Shown here: in pieces, positions 1 to 11,300 of the stretch
Numbering within the stretch: the stretch's first letter is position 1
Layout: each line of letters starts with the position of its first letter
NCBI GenBank assembly: GCA_947575745.1
Contig: CANPOS010000005.1
Location: 1,235-65,234 of the forward strand
Reading direction: 5' to 3'
Length of the DNA: 64,000 bases
Origin: an uncultured Clostridium sp.
GTDB lineage: Bacteria > Bacillota > Clostridia > TANB77 > CAG-508
Notes under the pieces: generated by a model
What the model was told of the DNA's origin: nothing
Database searches by the model: none
What the model saw: the letters and a program-made list of their open reading frames with translations, nothing else
Translations under genes and position numbers: made by a program

Positions 1-1321
1 TACCTCTTGGTACTATTGATATTTGGTGTACATCATCTTGTGTTGGTAAAAACTTGCTTACTACTGCATGCCCTGCTTCATGGTATGCAACTAGTTTCTT
101 TTCTTTTTCACTTCTTACTCTTGTTTTCTTTTCTGGTCCCATTGTTACTTTTACCATTGCGTCTTCTATTTCTGCCATTCCTATTTCTTTTAAGTTTCTT
201 CTTGCTGCAAGTAGTGCCGCTTCATTTAGTACATTTTCTAGGTCTGCTCCTGAAAATCCTGATGTATTTTTTGCTATTGTTTTTAAGTCTATATCTTCTC
301 CTAGTTTTTTCTTTCTTGCATGTACTTCTAATATTTGTTCTCTTGCTCCTACATCTGGTGATGATACTACTATTTGTCTGTCAAATCTTCCTGGTCTTAG
401 TAATGCTTTATCTAATATGTCTGGTCTGTTTGTTGCAGCTAACACTATTACTCCTTCATTTGCTGAGAATCCATCCATTTCAACTAGTAATTGGTTTAGT
501 GTTTGTTCTCTTTCATCATGTCCTCCTCCAAGTCCTGCTCCACGTTGTCTTCCTACTGCATCTATTTCATCTATAAATATTATACATGGTGCATTTTTCT
601 TTGCTTGGTCAAATAAGTCTCTTACTCTTGATGCTCCAACACCTACAAACATTTCTACGAAGTCTGATCCACTTATTATAAAGAATGGTACTCCTGCTTC
701 TCCTGCAACAGCTTTTGCTAGTAATGTTTTTCCTGTTCCTGGTGCTCCAACAAGTAATACTCCTTTTGGTATTCTTGCTCCCATGTCTGTAAATTTCTTT
801 GGACTTTTTAAGAATTCTACTATTTCTTGTAGTTCTTCTTTTTCTTCATCAACTCCTGCTACATCTACAAATGTTATTTTATTTTTATCTGCTGCAGTCA
901 TCATTCTTGCTTTACTTTTTCCAAAGCTCATTGTTTTGTTGTTTCCTTGTGAACTAGAGTTCATTGTTAGGAACCAGAACACTAGAGCTATTATTAATAA
1001 TCCAAATGGTGATAATAGTTGAAGTATTGTTATCAATATTGATTGTGTATTTCCTTTAAAATTTATTGTTCCAGATTTTAAATAATCTGTAATATAATCC
1101 ATAAAGCTTTCTGTGTTTGGTATATTAACTTCTTTCTTTACATTATCATTTTTTAATGTTACATTGGCAGTTTTTCCATCATATGCCATTTCTATTTCTG
1201 TAACTTCTGATGTTTCTATTTTTTCAATTAGTTCAGAGTAAGTAATTTTTGTGTCAGCATTATCTAATATTGATGTAATTAGCACTACTGCAATTACTAT
1301 TATTATCAGCCACATGGCCAT
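1..1321 (-). CDS. ftsH: ATP-dependent zinc metalloprotease FtsH (N-terminal ~440 codons; 3-prime end runs off the window start)
   Basis: Absent from the ORF track because it has no stop in the window. My translation from ATG at 1321 gives [15 protein letters not shown] (TM helix). It continues with Walker [24 protein letters not shown], Walker [33 protein letters not shown] and the HEAGHA zinc site. Plus-strand ORFs 7..576 and 54..1022 are antisense shadows. Confidence 0.95.
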   Translation of the reverse strand, partial: MAMWLIIIVIAVVLITSILDNADTKITYSELIEKIETSEVTEIEMAYDGKTANVTLKNDNVKKEVNIPNTESFMDYITDYLKSGTINFKGNTQSILITILQLLSPFGLLIIALVFWFLTMNSSSQGNNKTMSFGKSKARMMTAADKNKITFVDVAGVDEEKEELQEIVEFLKSPKKFTDMGARIPKGVLLVGAPGTGKTLLAKAVAGEAGVPFFIISGSDFVEMFVGVGASRVRDLFDQAKKNAPCIIFIDEIDAVGRQRGAGLGGGHDEREQTLNQLLVEMDGFSANEGVIVLAATNRPDILDKALLRPGRFDRQIVVSSPDVGAREQILEVHARKKKLGEDIDLKTIAKNTSGFSGADLENVLNEAALLAARRNLKEIGMAEIEDAMVKVTMGPEKKTRVRSEKEKKLVAYHEAGHAVVSKFLPTQDDVHQISIVPRG

Positions 1322-1491
1322 TGTTTTTATACTACTTTTCAAATTATTCCTCTTCCTTTCTCGTTCATATGATTTATTATTCTGAATACTATCATATATA
1401 TTTTACTATTTCAAGAGTTTTGTCTAAAGTTTTTTCAGTCTAAAGTGTGCTTGTATCTAAGTTTTCTTACGGATTAGCTGTTTTAATTCGA

Positions 1492-2487
1492 TTATGAATT
1501 TTGTGTTACAAAAAAATACATTTTTCCCTTATTTACTAGTATTTTTATGCTTTTATTCGGTGTTAAGTGCTTATTCCCTATATTATTTTTGCATAATTTT
1601 ATTATGTCATCTATATGAACCTTTGAAATTCCACTATTTGCACCTAATAATTTTTTTATTGTATATAATATTATTTTTCCTTTTATAATTTCATTTTGTT
1701 CATTAAATCCTTTTAACTTTAATATTATTTCTTCTTTTTCTTCTTTTATTAAGTTTTCTTGATACATTTTTATTGTCATTTCTTCAAGATATTCATTTTC
1801 TTTTTTTGCCAAATCTGATAATCTATCTAATGTTTCTATTATGTTTGGGTTAAATTCTTTCTTTATTAGTGGTATTAATATATTTCTTATTTTGTTTCTT
1901 GTATATATGTTTTCATTGTTCGTCTTATCATATCTTGGGTTTAATTTTTCTTTTTCACAATATCTTTCTATTTCTTCTCTTGTACATTCTATAAGTGGCT
2001 TTATATATATTTCATCTCTAATTGGCATTATTCCTTTTAGTCCTGTAGTTCCGCTTCCCCTAATTATATTCATTAGTACTGTTTCGCTGTTGTCATTTTT
2101 TGTATGTGCTGTTGCTATTTTTTGTGCTTTTGTCTTTTCTAATATTTCCTTAAAAAATTTATATCTTTCTTCTCTTCCTGCTTCTTCTGTTCCTATCTTT
2201 TTTTCTTTTGCTATTTTTTCTACTTCTATATGCTTTGCAAAGAATGGTATTTGTTTTTCTTCGCAGTATTTTTGTACAAATTTTTCATCTTCTCCTGCTT
2301 CTTCTCTTATTAAATGATTTATATGACATACAACTAGATCAAATTGTATTTCTTCTTGTTTTATTTTGTTTAATATATTTATAAGACAAATAGAGTCGGG
2401 GCCTCCAGAAACTCCGACTACTATCTTTTCTCCATTTTTTATTAAATCATATTTTTTTATTGTTTCTAGTACTTTTTCTTTTAACAT
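1492..2487 (-). CDS. tilS: tRNA(Ile)-lysidine synthase
   Basis: ORF 1492..2487. It has the PP-loop motif VGVSGGPDSICL near the N-terminus and lies directly upstream of ftsH, as in many Firmicutes. Confidence 0.85.
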   Translation of the reverse strand: MLKEKVLETIKKYDLIKNGEKIVVGVSGGPDSICLINILNKIKQEEIQFDLVVCHINHLIREEAGEDEKFVQKYCEEKQIPFFAKHIEVEKIAKEKKIGTEEAGREERYKFFKEILEKTKAQKIATAHTKNDNSETVLMNIIRGSGTTGLKGIMPIRDEIYIKPLIECTREEIERYCEKEKLNPRYDKTNNENIYTRNKIRNILIPLIKKEFNPNIIETLDRLSDLAKKENEYLEEMTIKMYQENLIKEEKEEIILKLKGFNEQNEIIKGKIILYTIKKLLGANSGISKVHIDDIIKLCKNNIGNKHLTPNKSIKILVNKGKMYFFVTQNS

Positions 2488-2522
2488 TTTTACCTCTTTT
2501 TATAATTAATCATTCATTGTTT

Positions 2523-2686
2523 TATAGGAAGATAGTAATATTTTATTTTTTCTTGTTCCTTGTTGGTCGTCTCATTGAAGCTTTAATAGCTAAAGCTATA
2601 ATAGCTTCAAATTCGCTCCCATACTACGTGTCACTTTGAAAAAATAAAATATTACTATCTTCCTATAAAAAGACAACGTCTATCGG
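2523..2686. repeat. Intercistronic structured repeat, family A copy 1
   Basis: Long AT-rich outer inverted repeat (tataggaagatagtaatattttatttttt / aaaaaataaaatattactatcttcctata) encloses the conserved cores TTGTTGGTCGTCTCATT and ATTCGCTCCCATACTACG. The cores are separated by a copy-specific hairpin. A CAACGTCTATCG tail motif is shared with family B. Second copy at 26676..26806. Confidence 0.7.
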
Positions 2687-2721
2687 AAAAGAATATATAA
2701 ACCCTATTCACAAATTAGGTA

Positions 2722-4059
2722 TTAGTCCATATACCTTTCTATGTTTACGAATTTTGTATAACTTCCAAGCCATAGTAATTCTACTGTTCCTGTTGATCCT
2801 CCTCTGTGTTTTGCAAGTATTACTTCTGCTATATTTTTTTGTTCACTTTCTGGATTGTAATAATCGTCTCTATATAGAAACATTACTATATCTGCATCTT
2901 GCTCTATTGCTCCTGATTCACGTAAGTCTGATAACATTGGTCTATGGTCGTCTTTTCTCTGTTCTGGTGCACGTGATAGCTGTGATAATGCTATTACTGG
3001 TACATCTAGTTCTTTTGCAAGTATTTTTAATGAACGGCTTATTTCTGATATTTCTTGTTCACGGCTTCCATTTTTTTTGCTTCCTGATCCTGATATTAGT
3101 TGCAAATAGTCTATTACAACTAGTCCTATATCTTTCTCTAGTTTAAGTTTTCTGCATTTTGCTCTTATTTCTGTTATTGATATTCCTGGTGTATCATCTA
3201 TATATATTTCTGATTCTGACAATGGTTGTAAACCTTCTGCAAGTTTTACCCAGTCTTCTTCTTCCATCTTTCCTGTCTTTATCTTATTACTATCTATCAT
3301 TGCTTCACTTGATAATATTCTTGATACTAGTTGCTCTTTTGACATTTCCAAACTAAATATTGCAACTGGTGTTTTTGCTTTTACTGCTGCATTTGTTGCT
3401 ATATTTAAAGCAAATGCTGTTTTTCCCATAGCAGGTCTTGCTGCAACCAAGATTAGTTCTGATCCATGCAAACCTGCTGTTTTATAGTCTAAGTCTGCAA
3501 ACCCCGTCGGAAGTCCTGTTATATGCTCCTTTTGATTATATAATTTTTCTAAGTTTGCAAATGTTTCTACTAATATTTCTTTTATTGGTGTATATCCTTT
3601 TTGATTTCTATTTTTCATTAAATTAAATACACTTTTTTCTGCTTTTTCTATTATTTCATCTACTTCTAGTGTTTGATCATATCCTAATTCTACTAATTCA
3701 TTGGAAGTTTTTATAAGATTTCTAAGAATAGATTTTTCTTCTACTATTTTTATGTATTTGTCTGCATTTGCTGTTGTTGGTACTTTTTCTGATAAATCTG
3801 CTATATATTCTAACCCACCACATACTTCGAATTTTCCAAGTGATACAAGTTCTTCTTTTACTGTTATTATATCTATTGGCTCTGAACGGCTATATAAATT
3901 TAACATTGCACCAAAGATTAATTTATTTTCTTCTCTATAAAAGTCTTCTGGTTTTAATACTTCTAATGCCATTGCTACTGCTTCTCCATCAAGTAACATA
4001 CAGCCCAAAACTGCTTGTTCTGCTTCTATGTCATTTGGTGGGATTTTTCCTATATCCAT
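2722..4059 (-). CDS. dnaB: Replicative DNA helicase (DnaB family; DnaC in Bacillus nomenclature)
   Basis: ORF 2722..4059. N-terminal DnaB domain (PPNDIEAEQAVLGCML), Walker A ARPAMGKTAFALN, Walker B VVIDYLQL. Conserved gdpP-rplI-dnaB gene order. Confidence 0.93.
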   Translation of the reverse strand: MDIGKIPPNDIEAEQAVLGCMLLDGEAVAMALEVLKPEDFYREENKLIFGAMLNLYSRSEPIDIITVKEELVSLGKFEVCGGLEYIADLSEKVPTTANADKYIKIVEEKSILRNLIKTSNELVELGYDQTLEVDEIIEKAEKSVFNLMKNRNQKGYTPIKEILVETFANLEKLYNQKEHITGLPTGFADLDYKTAGLHGSELILVAARPAMGKTAFALNIATNAAVKAKTPVAIFSLEMSKEQLVSRILSSEAMIDSNKIKTGKMEEEDWVKLAEGLQPLSESEIYIDDTPGISITEIRAKCRKLKLEKDIGLVVIDYLQLISGSGSKKNGSREQEISEISRSLKILAKELDVPVIALSQLSRAPEQRKDDHRPMLSDLRESGAIEQDADIVMFLYRDDYYNPESEQKNIAEVILAKHRGGSTGTVELLWLGSYTKFVNIERYMD

Positions 4060-4087
4060 TTTTAGAATTCCTTTCTTTGTATATTAG

Positions 4088-4211
4088 TGAAGATAGTATA
4101 AATATATTTTTTCTTGCGTCCCCACTTAAGAAAATGTATTTCACTTCGTTCAAACATTTTCTAAAGAGGTCCCCCAACGTCTATCGAAAAAACATATTTA
4201 TACTATCTTCA
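4088..4211. repeat. Intercistronic structured repeat, family B copy 1
   Basis: Outer inverted repeat (tgaagatagtataaatatatttttt / aaaaaacatatttatactatcttca) surrounds the conserved core. The core reads CTTGCGTCCCC, then hairpin CTTAAGAAAATGT..ACATTTTCTAAAG, then GGTCCCCCAACGTCTATCGAAAA. Second copy at 39154..39346. Confidence 0.7.
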
Positions 4212-4272
4212 TATTTTAATTTAAAATTTTTGGAACTTATTCTCCAATGCTTAGGGGGAATTCTTATAAACC

Positions 4273-4719
4273 TCATTCTCCGACAACTGAAATTGTTAGT
4301 TTGCATACAACTCCTTCAAATAGTTTTAAGTCTACTACATATGTTCCAATTGCTCTTATTGGATCTTGCATATTTATTTTCTTTTTGTCTACTTTTTCTT
4401 TAAATTCTTTTTCTATATTTTCTGAAATTTCTTTAGAAGTAATACTTCCAAATGTCTTTCCATTTTCTCCTGCTTTTACTTTTAATGTTAGAACTTGTTT
4501 TTCTAGCTTTTCTTTTACTCTAATTGCATCTTGTTTTTCTAATTCCTTTTTGTGTGCTTCTGAAGATTTTTTTGCTGCCCATTCATTTAGGTTTTGCTTA
4601 TCTGCTGGTATTGCTAATTTTCTTGGGAATAAATAGTTTCTCGCATGTCCATCACTTGCATTTACTATTTCTCCTCTTTTTCCCATACCTTTAACATCTG
4701 TTTGCAATATAACTTTCAT
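4273..4719 (-). CDS. rplI: 50S ribosomal protein L9
   Basis: ORF 4273..4761. Likely start is [36 protein letters not shown] at 4719, preceded by aggaaagga. Typical L9 N-terminus and synteny. Confidence 0.93.
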   Translation of the reverse strand: MKVILQTDVKGMGKRGEIVNASDGHARNYLFPRKLAIPADKQNLNEWAAKKSSEAHKKELEKQDAIRVKEKLEKQVLTLKVKAGENGKTFGSITSKEISENIEKEFKEKVDKKKINMQDPIRAIGTYVVDLKLFEGVVCKLTISVVGE

Positions 4720-4754
4720 TTTACATTTTTCCTTTCCTATCATATCGTTTTTAA

Positions 4755-4873
4755 TTTTCAAAAGAAACGAGTAATACTAGGCATTTCAAATCAAAAAAGC
4801 GGAGGCGTGCTTGTGCACGTTGAGCATTTTTTGTATTTGAAATAACGAAGTAGGACGAAGTTTATTTTGGAAA
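4755..4873. repeat. Intercistronic structured repeat, family C copy 1
   Basis: Conserved GAAACGAGTA.T.CTAGGC, then a copy-specific stem. The conserved loop GAGGCGTGCTTGTGCACGTTGA contains the palindrome ACGTGC..GCACGT. AACGAAG follows. The element abuts the gdpP stop codon. Other copies at 46791..46913 and 58259..58379, with a partial copy at 16971..17038. Confidence 0.7.
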
Positions 4874-6893
4874 TTATTCTATGTTTTGTTGAAAATATTC
4901 ATTAATCGCTTCCTTCAGCTTTTCTCTTGCCTCGTCTATTTCTATATCTTTTAATTGTGCTCCTGATACTGTACTATGTCCTCCTCCTCCGAAGTTTTTC
5001 TAGTATTAATTGTACATTTATATCTCCTATTGAACGTCCACTAATATATACAGTATTTTCTACTTTTCCAAGTACAAATGAGGCTGTTATATCACTTATT
5101 GTTAATAACTCATCTGCTGCTTTTGCACATATTAAATTTGCGTTTTCATCTTGTTTATTATATTCTGCTATTCCTATCGTTTCTCTTATTATTTCTGTAT
5201 TCTTTACTATTTCTGATATTACATTATAGCTTTCTAAGTCACTCTGGAACCATTTTTTTACTTTTATAATATCTATATTGTTTTTCCTTAAATATGCAGC
5301 TGCTTCAAAGGTTCTTACTCCTGTTTTAAATGTAAAATTCTTTGTATCCACCATTATTCCAGCATATAAGCTTTCTGCTTCAAAGGTTGTAAGTGTTGCT
5401 TCATTTTTTGTATATTGTAATAATTCTGTTACAAGTTCTGCTGCTGATGATGCATATACTTCATGGAACATAAGTGTTGCATCTTCTATATAGTCTGGTC
5501 CTCTTCTATGATGGTCTATTACTACTATTTTATTTGTTTTTGTAAGTAATTCTGGTACTTCTACATAAGATTTTTTATGTGTATCTACTATAACAAGCAA
5601 TGTTTCATTTGTTACTTCTGCTAATGCTTGTGCTTTATCTATTATTACTCCTTCATATTCTTTTTCTTGTTCTACTGCTTCTATAAAGTCTTTTAGTGTT
5701 AATCCATATGTGTTATTTACTATTTTTGCTGTCTTTCCTAATGCTTTCGCTATTCTATATATTCCAAGACTTGATCCCATTGAATCTATATCTCCATTTG
5801 AATGTCCCATAATCATTATATTTGTCGCTTCTTCAATTAGTTGTTCTAATGCTGTTGTTACTGTTCTTGCTTTTACTTTTGTTCTTTTTTCTATTTCTTG
5901 TGTTTTTCCTCCAAAGAATTCATATTTGCTATTTCTTTTAACAACTGCTTGGTCTCCGCCTCTTCCTAATACTAAATCCATTGCTGAGTTTGTATCTTTA
6001 TATTTTTCATAGTTTGCTCCATCTTCTGCAACAATTGCTATACTTAGTGTTGTAGGTATTACTCCTTCTGTTTCTGTATCTTTTGCCATTCCTAATATTT
6101 CAAACTTATTTTCTATTATTGTTTCTAAGTATTTAGCTTCAAAGATAAATACAAATCTATCTCTTTCTGTTTTTAGTGCTATTCCATCAAATTTCCCAAC
6201 CCAGTCATATATCTTTTTTTCTATTTCTGTTAATACTAGTGTTCTTTCTTCTTGTTGCATACTTTGTATAAGCTCATCATAACTGTCTATCATTATCATC
6301 CCTACACATGTTTTTGCATCTTCGAATTTTTTTAATGATTTTAGTACTTCTGTATTATCAATAATATATATTACATACATATTATCAAATTTCTTTCTTC
6401 TATCTCTTGCTCTTGTTTTTATTGTTTCTATTATTAATTTATAATCTTTTTTATCTAATTTTATTTGTTTATATATAATATCTTCTTTTTTGCTTTCTTC
6501 ACCTTCTGTTTCTTGTGTTAATCCATTTACAATCTCTGATATTGTAGTATTTATATCTGTATTTCCAAATTCATTTATGTAGCTAACACTTTTCCATGTA
6601 ATATTTCCATCTTGTCCTACTATAACTAATGGGAATGGTGAATTTATTAATGTGTTTTTTGCTATTGTGTCTACATTAAATGTTAGCTCTTGTATATGTT
6701 TATCTAACTCATTTTTATTTTTATTATCTGTCCAAAATGTGTATATAAGTAAAAGCCCATAAACAAATACTGATGGGATTATATAGCTTATATTTTGTAC
6801 ACATAGAATAATTAAAGCTACTGCTATTACTACTAAATATATTTTTGTTTTTGTTAGTATTGTATCAAAAGCCTTTTTTGTATTATTTGGCAT
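4874..6893 (-). CDS. gdpP: Cyclic-di-AMP phosphodiesterase GdpP-like (membrane-anchored DHH/DHHA1 protein), with one CGG +1 break
   Basis: ORF 4974..6947. Likely start MPNNTKK at 6893 after aaaggagg. Two N-terminal TM helices, DHH motif (VVIDHHRRG), and position upstream of rplI-dnaB. The track ORF ends ...ILEKLRRRRT*. Skipping the C of CGG (plus CCG 4989..4991) gives ILEKLGGGGHSTVSGAQLKD..., the canonical DHHA1 GGGGH motif, with stop at 4874. Length is 3n+1. Confidence 0.85.
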
Positions 6894-6959
6894 AAGTCCT
6901 CCTTTTATTTCAACATATATTGTATAACAGGAGTACGTAATTGTCAAGATTTTGGCGGA

Positions 6960-7348
6960 TTTATGTAAGTTTACATTCTTAAAATCTTTTTTATTTTCTC
7001 CCCAGATTATTTAACTCATATATTTGTTTTCTAAAGTCTGTTGCTCCATATACTATAATATGTCTTTTGTATCTTTTAGTAATGTGTTTAAATTCTATTC
7101 TTATTGTATCTATTTCCATCTTTACACTTCTTGCTTTTGTATCTATTTTTTCTTCTTTAGTTGATATTAATTCTGCTACATTTATTTTTTCATATTTGGG
7201 CGTCTCTTTATATTCTTTCTTTTAACCACTTTTTTAAATCTTCTACTTTGATGTTCATTTTATCTGCGTAATCTGTTATGGGCAAAGTACACTTTTTAAA
7301 TTCTACACAATACTTTGCTTTTTCTTCTTCTTTTATTTTGTTTAACAT
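6960..7348 (-). mobile_element. Remnant of an IS66-family-like element (small HTH orfA plus truncated TnpB-like start)
   Basis: Minus strand 7208..7348 encodes MLNKIKEEEKAKYCVEFKKCTLPITDYADKMNIKVEDLKKWLKERI. The next frame carries ...KMEIDTIRIEFKHITKRYKRHIIVYGATDFRKQIYELNNLGRK*. This resembles the IYLxCGxTDMRK start of IS66 Orf2/TnpB and stops after about 20 residues. No transposase body follows. Confidence 0.45.
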
Positions 7349-7497
7349 TTTTTCTCCTTTATCCATACATTAAAAATCCCTATTCAAGTCTTTTACTTTA
7401 TTTTAGACTTGTTCAAGACCTTTTTCAATACGCTATTTCATTTATCGGTTACTAAAAGCTTTCTGGTTTCCACAGCATAGCTGGGGGTTCTCCTAAA

Positions 7498-7538
7498 GTT
7501 AAAAAGCTCTAGAAGAATAAAACAATTCTTCCAGAGCT
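7498..7538 (-). terminator. Rho-independent terminator downstream of ORF 7686..8192
   Basis: Minus strand reads agctctggaagaat-tgtttt-attcttctagagct followed by ttttt. Confidence 0.7.
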
Positions 7539-7685
7539 ATTACGGCTTTGTTATGTAAAAAGAAGCTTCAATTTCTTTAACCTATTATGTCCATTTTCTA
7601 TAGATTACTTTGGACTTTTTGATAGAGCTTGGTGTAGAACTCTATTTCATAACTAATGTGTTTTACTTTTGCCTCATAACCTAAG

Positions 7686-8192
7686 TTATTTAGCAGAAGC
7701 TTCTAGAACCTGCGGTTCAACGTTTGCTTCTGTATTAGGCACCTCTCCTTCTGCAGTTTCCTCATTGTCTTTCCTTTCCTGCTCTCCCTCAGTTACATTA
7801 GGTTCGGGATACGGTGTTCCACAAATCACCTCACTGACAACTTCTTCGCCCTTCGTCACATAATAACGTACGCGTCCATCCTCCAGTATTTCCTGCCTCA
7901 TAATAGAAGGTGTTCCTGGAATAAGATATGCAGATTGAAGAGGAACATTTTTCCATGTTTCAGGATCGTCAGGGTCGAAGAACCAATCTTCGGAAAGAAT
8001 TGATTCTTCGACAAAATCGTTGTCATCATTGTCATCATCACCATCACGATCCCGACTTGAGATGACAGATTTTTCTGCCATCTCAGTCTTGGTGTCTTGG
8101 GGAAGGTTTAAATCTTCCTGGTTGATAGGTCCAAGGTCCGCAGGGTTAATAAGCATGCACATAAGCATGAATGTAATTACCAGATTACTCAT
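7686..8192 (-). CDS. Hypothetical secreted acidic protein (168 aa) in a higher-GC island
   Basis: ORF 7686..8330. Likely start MSNLVITFMLMCMLINPADLG (signal-like) at 8192 after gaaagaagga. Asp-rich tract DRDGDDDNDDND. I recognise no family. G+C is visibly higher than the flanks, and it contains an in-frame CGG (8052..8054) read as an ordinary codon. Confidence 0.55.
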   Translation of the reverse strand: MSNLVITFMLMCMLINPADLGPINQEDLNLPQDTKTEMAEKSVISSRDRDGDDDNDDNDFVEESILSEDWFFDPDDPETWKNVPLQSAYLIPGTPSIMRQEILEDGRVRYYVTKGEEVVSEVICGTPYPEPNVTEGEQERKDNEETAEGEVPNTEANVEPQVLEASAK

Positions 8193-8339
8193 TAAAATCC
8201 TTCTTTCTCGTTTTGTTATTTTGTTTTCAATGTTCTCAAAGCCGTTTCGCACATTAAATACATTTAACGTACATTTATATACAACAAGTGCACCACCACT
8301 TGTGATATACCAATTAAATAATTCTCGCAATAGTAAAAA

Positions 8340-11300
8340 TTAGTATTTACACTTTAGTATCAGTTGTTTTGTACATGTCTTAGTTTGCGACTCCCTCTCC
8401 AAGATATCTAGTACTTCCTGGTAGCAACTTCGACAACAACTCACTTTCTTTTCCCAATCACCACAAGTTTCACATTCTAAATAAGCAAACTGTGGATCCT
8501 TTTCATTGAACATGTAATAATCACAGCGGCCACAGTGTGTAGGTAGATATTCGGAACGAGTTTCGTTTTTGCGAAGGTATCTCCCGCCGCAAGGCCCTGT
8601 TAGAACTACAGCATAGAAATTTCTATCTTGACGTTGAACAAGTCCAGCCTCTGACAGTCCATCCGAGTTATATCTATCGGGAACTAAATTATAGCAATCT
8701 ACTGAAAATCCATCTGGTATAAAACCTGCATGTATGTTTGTGGTAGTATAGAGTGCAGTATTATTAGTACCAAGTACAGTAGACATAGCTCCAGTACTTG
8801 CAAACCATTCATTTCTGCACAATGTCCTACTTTTAACTGTTTCTGTTGATTGTGGATAATATATATTTACTGTTGAGCTATATACTGTGTAATATGTGGT
8901 ATAGTTAGTAGACACTGAAGCAGTTACCATAGTTCCTAAAGATGAAGCAACTCCTCTATATGCAGAATTATATTTTCCTACACTGCTTGATACAACTGTT
9001 GGCACTGTCATTGTTCCTTGTATAATTGTTGTACCTGCTGTGGTATTACTTACACTTTTTAAGTATTTTATTCTTGTTGCTGATGCAGTAGTATTTGCTG
9101 ATGTAAAATCTCCACTTGTTTTATTATTGTTATAATAAAACGTTGCTGTTACTGATTCTGATTTATATAGTATTGCATATGCTGTTGTTGTATTTGAATC
9201 TCTTAAGTTTGCTACTGTTTGATAGTTTCTTGTTGTTGTATTTACTGCTGTTGCAAATCCATATAAACTATATCCACTTACACTTGAACTAAATGCAAAA
9301 TCTGTTGTCGCTGTATTACTTGTACCCAGTTTGGTCGTTATTGCTGTTGCACTTGTAAAATATTCATTTCTATATCTTGTCATATTTGTTGCTACTGCTT
9401 CACTTGTTTGATAATATATTCTAACTTGTGTGCTATATGTTGTATAGTAAGTTGTATTTGCAGTTGTTGGCGTTGTTATTGTCATTGTGTTTATTGCATT
9501 TGCTACTCCTTTATATGCTGAGTTATACTTCCCTACACTACTTGTTACTACTGTTGGTATACTTAAATTGCTTTCTATTTTTGTTCCTGTATAGTTCATA
9601 TATCTTATTCCTGAGGCTGTTGCTGTTGTAATAGTCAACCCTCCACTTGTCTTATTATTGTTATAGTAAAATGTTGCACTCACTGTTGATTGATAACTTG
9701 CATAATAGTTTAAGTTTGTTGTTACATTTATTTTGGTTCCTACTGCTGTTACAGCCCCATTTGCTGTTGTTCCTGTACCCCATCCTCTTGGAGTATATGT
9801 TACACCACCGTTTGTTACACTTGCTATACTTGGTAATGTTACTGCTTTTGATGTTTCTTTATTTTTTAATTCTACTGTTGATGTTGTTGTTTGGTTATTG
9901 TATGTATGATATGTTACTGTAAGTGTTTTACTATATATTGCATATAGTGTTATGTCATTTGCTGGCATTACTAAGGAGGTTAGACCAGTTGTTGCATTCT
10001 GGTCTGTATTCCATCCCACAAATGTCCAACCTGTTTTTGTTGCTTTTATGCTTAAATCTACTGGCTGTTCTACTACTACACTTTTTGTAGTAGCTGTACT
10101 AGTTGTTCCTCCATTTGCTGAGTAATTATATGTTACTGTAAATTCTCCTATTGTTTTTATTGTTCCTTTTGATGCATTTCCTGCTTTGTCTTTTACCCAT
10201 ACATAGTAATTTGTATTATAGTCTAGGTTTGATACTGTTGTTTCTGCTAGGTTTAGGGTCTGTTCTACTTCTACCCAACCTGTCTTTGGTTCTTCTGTTT
10301 CTTTTGTTACTTTATAGCTTACTATTCCTGATTTTGTATCTGTTGCTTTGAAAGTTATACTATTTCTTATCTCTTCTGTCTTTGTTATTATTGTTACTAT
10401 TGGTTTTGTTTCGTCTATTATTTCTTTTGTTTTTGCTATTCCTCCATTTACTCCATCATATAGCCTTGCATATATTTTGTCTTTATGTTCTAAGTTTCCT
10501 ATTTCTACTGTTCTTCCTTTATTTGACACTGTTTCCCAGTTTGTGTTGTTCTCTTCTTGTCCACTTTTTACTACTTTATATTGTAATTCATATTTTGTTT
10601 GTGTTGTTGATACTGTCACCTTTGCTTTGTAGTTTTCCCATATTTCTTCTGTTATTTCTAGTATTCCTGTTTCATTTCCATCTGGTACTCTTTCTGTCGT
10701 TATTATTCTTATTGCTCCTGAGCCTACATTTCCTGCTCCATCTGTTACTTCTACTTTTATATCATATTCTGTTGCTTGTTCTAATCCTGTATATGTGTAT
10801 GTTGTATCTTTTATATTTTCTGCTACTTTTTTGTATTCTTCTTCGCTCGATTTTTTGATATAGTATGTATACTCTGGTTCTGCTGCAAGCCCACTTCCTT
10901 GGTCTGTTGCTGTTACAAATACTTGTATACTGTTTGTTGTTACATTTCCTTTTGTTACTATTACTATTGGTGGTGTACTATCTTCTGGTTTAGTATTTGC
11001 TGCTGTTCCCATTCCGTTTCTTATATTTCCTGCCTTGTCATATGCTTCTACTTTTATTCCATATGCAGTGTCTTCTTCTCCTTCAAATTGACATTGTCTG
11101 TTTTTTCCTTCATATATTACTTTATCATCTACATAGTATTTATATTTATCTATTCCTGATAAATTGTCGTCTGTGTATGCTATTATTGTGAATCCTTTTG
11201 CTGTTTCTTTTGCTATGCTTGGCATGAATTCATTTGGTGCTGTGCAATCCTTATATATTTTTGTAGTTACTACTTCTGACCTATTCCCTGCTCTATCTAT

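Noticed and set aside
54-1022. Long plus-strand ORFs rich in Leu/Phe/Ser/Ile opposite known genes. Examples: 54..1022, 1841..2317, 11164..12177, 28311..29150, 43180..44028, 46918..47313, 58319..58933.
   Set aside because: They lie antisense to strongly conserved minus-strand genes (ftsH, tilS, surface protein, yhaN-like, rpoC, rpoB, dnaX). Their low-complexity composition is what the reverse complement of AT-rich, purine-rich coding sequence produces. They have no RBS or family signal.
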